A stretch of 64,000 nucleotides of DNA from Bugula neritina (lineage: Eukaryota; Animalia; Bryozoa), in contig OZ037765.1 in NCBI GenBank assembly GCA_964035545.1, positions 17,546,995-17,610,994 on the forward strand. Direction: 5' to 3'. A model generated the notes under the pieces. It was not told the DNA's origin. It worked only from the letters and a program-made list of their open reading frames with translations, and ran no database searches. A program made the position numbers and the translations under genes. Numbering within the stretch: the first letter of the stretch is position 1; each line of letters starts with the position of its first letter. Below are positions 62,801 through 64,000 of the stretch, piece by piece.

Positions 62801-64000
62801 TTAAACAAACCCCTGTCCATCAGATGTTCTCAAAGGGATAGTGACTATAAACTTGTGTGAGTTAGTACAGTTAGTGGTGTAGATTCAAATGTAAAAGTCA
62901 ATGAGTGTTACTAGAACTACCCGAGTGCTTTCCTTTAGAGGTGAATATCAAATTTAGATTAGCATCTAACCTGTACAAGCCCCATAGCACCATTTTCTTT
63001 TTCATGGCTAAATAGAATATTGCAGAATCCATAGGGTCTTTGGTCTTTTGAAATGAATATTTAGAAATTTTTTCTACAGTTCTTCTAAGGATGTTAATGT
63101 TAGTAATAACCCAGCCAACACCAAACATCCTGGCTTCCTCCCATGTGGGCTCTCCTTTGCTGAAACTCGGCAAAGAGTTTACTATTTCCTATCCAACAAA
63201 AAAAAAAATTTGCAAACCAATGGTATTGAATTCGTTATACTGTATTTCAATAAACAAATATGCAGCTGTTAATGTATATTTTAACACAGTATGCATCAAA
63301 GTAGAGTTGTCCTACCTCTTCAGACTCGGAATGGAATCCCCATATAATATCGGATGCCGAGAAACCAGATCTCTGAAACTGCAGGCGCTGAGTTGGTGAA
63401 AGAGTTTTCAGAAGATATGTGTCATGGCCGACAGCCAGCACATACCTCAACCCACAGTCGTCCACTGCTACAACGCATAATAGTCAGCCATAGCTATAAC
63501 CTTACTGTGACCAAATTGGCTACTAGCAGCTCTAATTCTGTGTTAATAATTACTAGCGGTAGCCTAAACACAACAAAGAACGCAGTGCTTGACAATGTAA
63601 GTCAAGATAATGCGCAAGATTTTGTAGGAGTAAGTATATGATAACGTGAAGCTTAGATGCTTTACATCTCTTTTAATCAATTACAAGTTAAATTTTCACT
63701 TTGGTCTCCAAGTTTTGCTTTACTTGAATGTTAATCTTTTGCATTTAATCTTTTACTTTTTTTTCATTTTGTATATAGCCTATTCATTTTTATTATAAAT
63801 GCCATTATTCTCATTTCCTTTTATTATTGAGAAATATTTATTTATTTTATTTCATTTCGCATATGACCTATTATTCTTATTATAAATGCCATTATTTTTC
63901 ATTATTGAGAAATATTTTGTACATCTCCATGACAACTACAACCATAAACATAAATACCGGCAGCGCTCTGTCTAGCGTCAGTAAACTTGTCGGAGAAGTC
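44804..64000 (-). CDS. DMXL: DmX-like protein / rabconnectin-3 alpha (Rav1 family, WD40 repeats), 5' part outside the window
   Basis: Rav1p_C-type motifs VDDCGLRYVLA, WGFHSESEE, FYLAMKKKMVLWGLYR and FTEDRWRKAALKNAYALLGLQRF, then FNFYNYLRTHPLL, HFKAGCPALALEVL and HINPHSYSWCLMRL. C-terminal WD40 exons include ATAGHSSDGNNVVMWDTLLP, IFDVRQR, FFVTGSAEGDIK and LFSAGADGTLR. Stop TAG is at 44806-44804, and an exon runs off the right edge. Confidence 0.95.
45092..45163 (+). pseudogene. tRNA-like (Gln-type D arm) pseudogene or SINE head, copy 1
   Basis: TGGTGTAATGGTTAG A box, GGTTTGAATCCC B box and a following T run. The acceptor and anticodon stems do not pair properly. Confidence 0.6.
45329..45401 (+). 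pseudogene. tRNA-like (Gln-type D arm) pseudogene or SINE head, copy 2
   Basis: TGGTGTAATGGTTAGCGC A box and GGTTCAAATTCC B box. The T stem is mismatched. It is homologous to copy 1, including the upstream TGTAGTGTTGAG. Confidence 0.6.
47400..48095 (-). CDS. Intronless secreted or membrane-tethered C-type lectin-like domain protein (231 aa), nested in a DMXL intron
   Basis: Uninterrupted ATG-TAA ORF with a hydrophobic signal peptide. It shows the CTLD pattern C...W....G..YC....TF....YC....ADL...VFIG...KWYWIND...PLC and a hydrophobic C-terminal tail. It lies inside DMXL intron 45896-48336. Confidence 0.8.
   Translation of the reverse strand: MGRFITAYTILMTCSLLSSGYADCSKQWIQLNGKEYCLGENELTFEDNRAYCQQFSADLIMLDKAERYTDLLYVLSQLSNTSGGQLVDVFIGTYQRQCNAKVDNACTWLLPFSGKWYWINDDSEYITPSHSSFWQILDRKWPYITGFNTITILEKNKQHYVVGSDNKTFAVDGFNAEKQFLKLLKPLCSRDYVKSPQSVVEENIQNNAYSRMADFTTPLMFTVLWLTWVTY
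49746..49800. repeat. (GT)n/(GC)n mixed dinucleotide microsatellite
   Basis: TGTGTGTGCGTGTGTGCGCGCG...GTGTGTGTGC. Confidence 0.9.
51977..52432. mobile_element. MITE, PIF/Harbinger-like
   Basis: About 55-bp imperfect TIRs, GTGTAGGGCCACACGAC... / ...GTCGTGTGGCCCTACAC, flanked by TAA on both sides (51974-51976 and 52433-52435). No credible ORF. Confidence 0.85.
52916..53075. repeat. 15-bp minisatellite GGCATACAGAGAGAT, about 10.7 copies
   Basis: Direct tandem repeats immediately upstream (on the minus strand) of a DMXL splice acceptor. Confidence 0.95.
53932..54457. repeat. 32-bp minisatellite CACTACAGTAGAACATAGTAG(A/G)TGTATATTAA, 17 unit starts
   Basis: Units begin at 53932, 53964, 53995, 54027 and so on to 54443. 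The array fills almost all of DMXL intron 53934-54480. Confidence 0.97.
57872..58087 (-). mobile_element. Full-length tRNA-derived SINE (family A) with 16-bp target-site duplication
   Basis: A box TGGTCTAGGGG and B box GGTTCGAACCC. An identical TCTAAAACATACTCTA flanks it at 57856-57871 and 58088-58103. Confidence 0.9.
60326..60693. mobile_element. MITE, PIF/Harbinger-like (second family)
   Basis: TIRs GCCTGGCCTCACG(C/A)TCGTGAGAATC / GATTCTCACGATCGTGAGGCCAGGC with TTA/TAA flanks and a CpG-rich interior. Confidence 0.82.
62659..62863 (+). mobile_element. Near full-length SINE (family A) with diverged 17-bp target-site duplication
   Basis: Aligns end to end with 57872-58087. The flanks AGTATAGTCAGCGGTGT (62642-62658) and AGTACAGTTAGTGGTGT (62864-62880) differ by three C/T transitions. 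Confidence 0.88.
63779..63918. repeat. Short AT-rich local tandem duplication
   Basis: TTATTATAAATGCCATTATT...TTATTGAGAAATATTT occurs twice. Confidence 0.7.

Overview
AT-rich, intron-rich eukaryotic (metazoan, invertebrate-like) nuclear DNA. It holds four spliced housekeeping genes that I rebuilt by hand from splice sites and conserved motifs. These are KDM5/lid H3K4 demethylase (+, 143-17270, 28 coding exons), ataxin-7 (-, 27274-17968), THOC7 (+, 29174-44505) and the 3' part of DMXL/rabconnectin-3alpha (-, running off the right edge, stop at 44804). ATXN7 and THOC7 sit head-to-head, as they do in human. THOC7 intron 1 is about 11 kb and packed with decayed transposon fragments (pogo-type DDE, Penelope-like RT/GIY-YIG, intron-containing Sola-like transposase, piggyBac) plus a divergent ribosomal-protein-uS3-like KH fragment, all antisense to the host gene. 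DMXL introns contain a same-strand intronless C-type-lectin-domain gene, a minisatellite that multiplies a 3' splice site 17 times, MITEs, tRNA-derived SINEs with target-site duplications and a tandem pair of pseudo-tRNAs. No prokaryotic features or CRISPR arrays were seen. All family assignments come from recognising motifs by eye, not from database searches.
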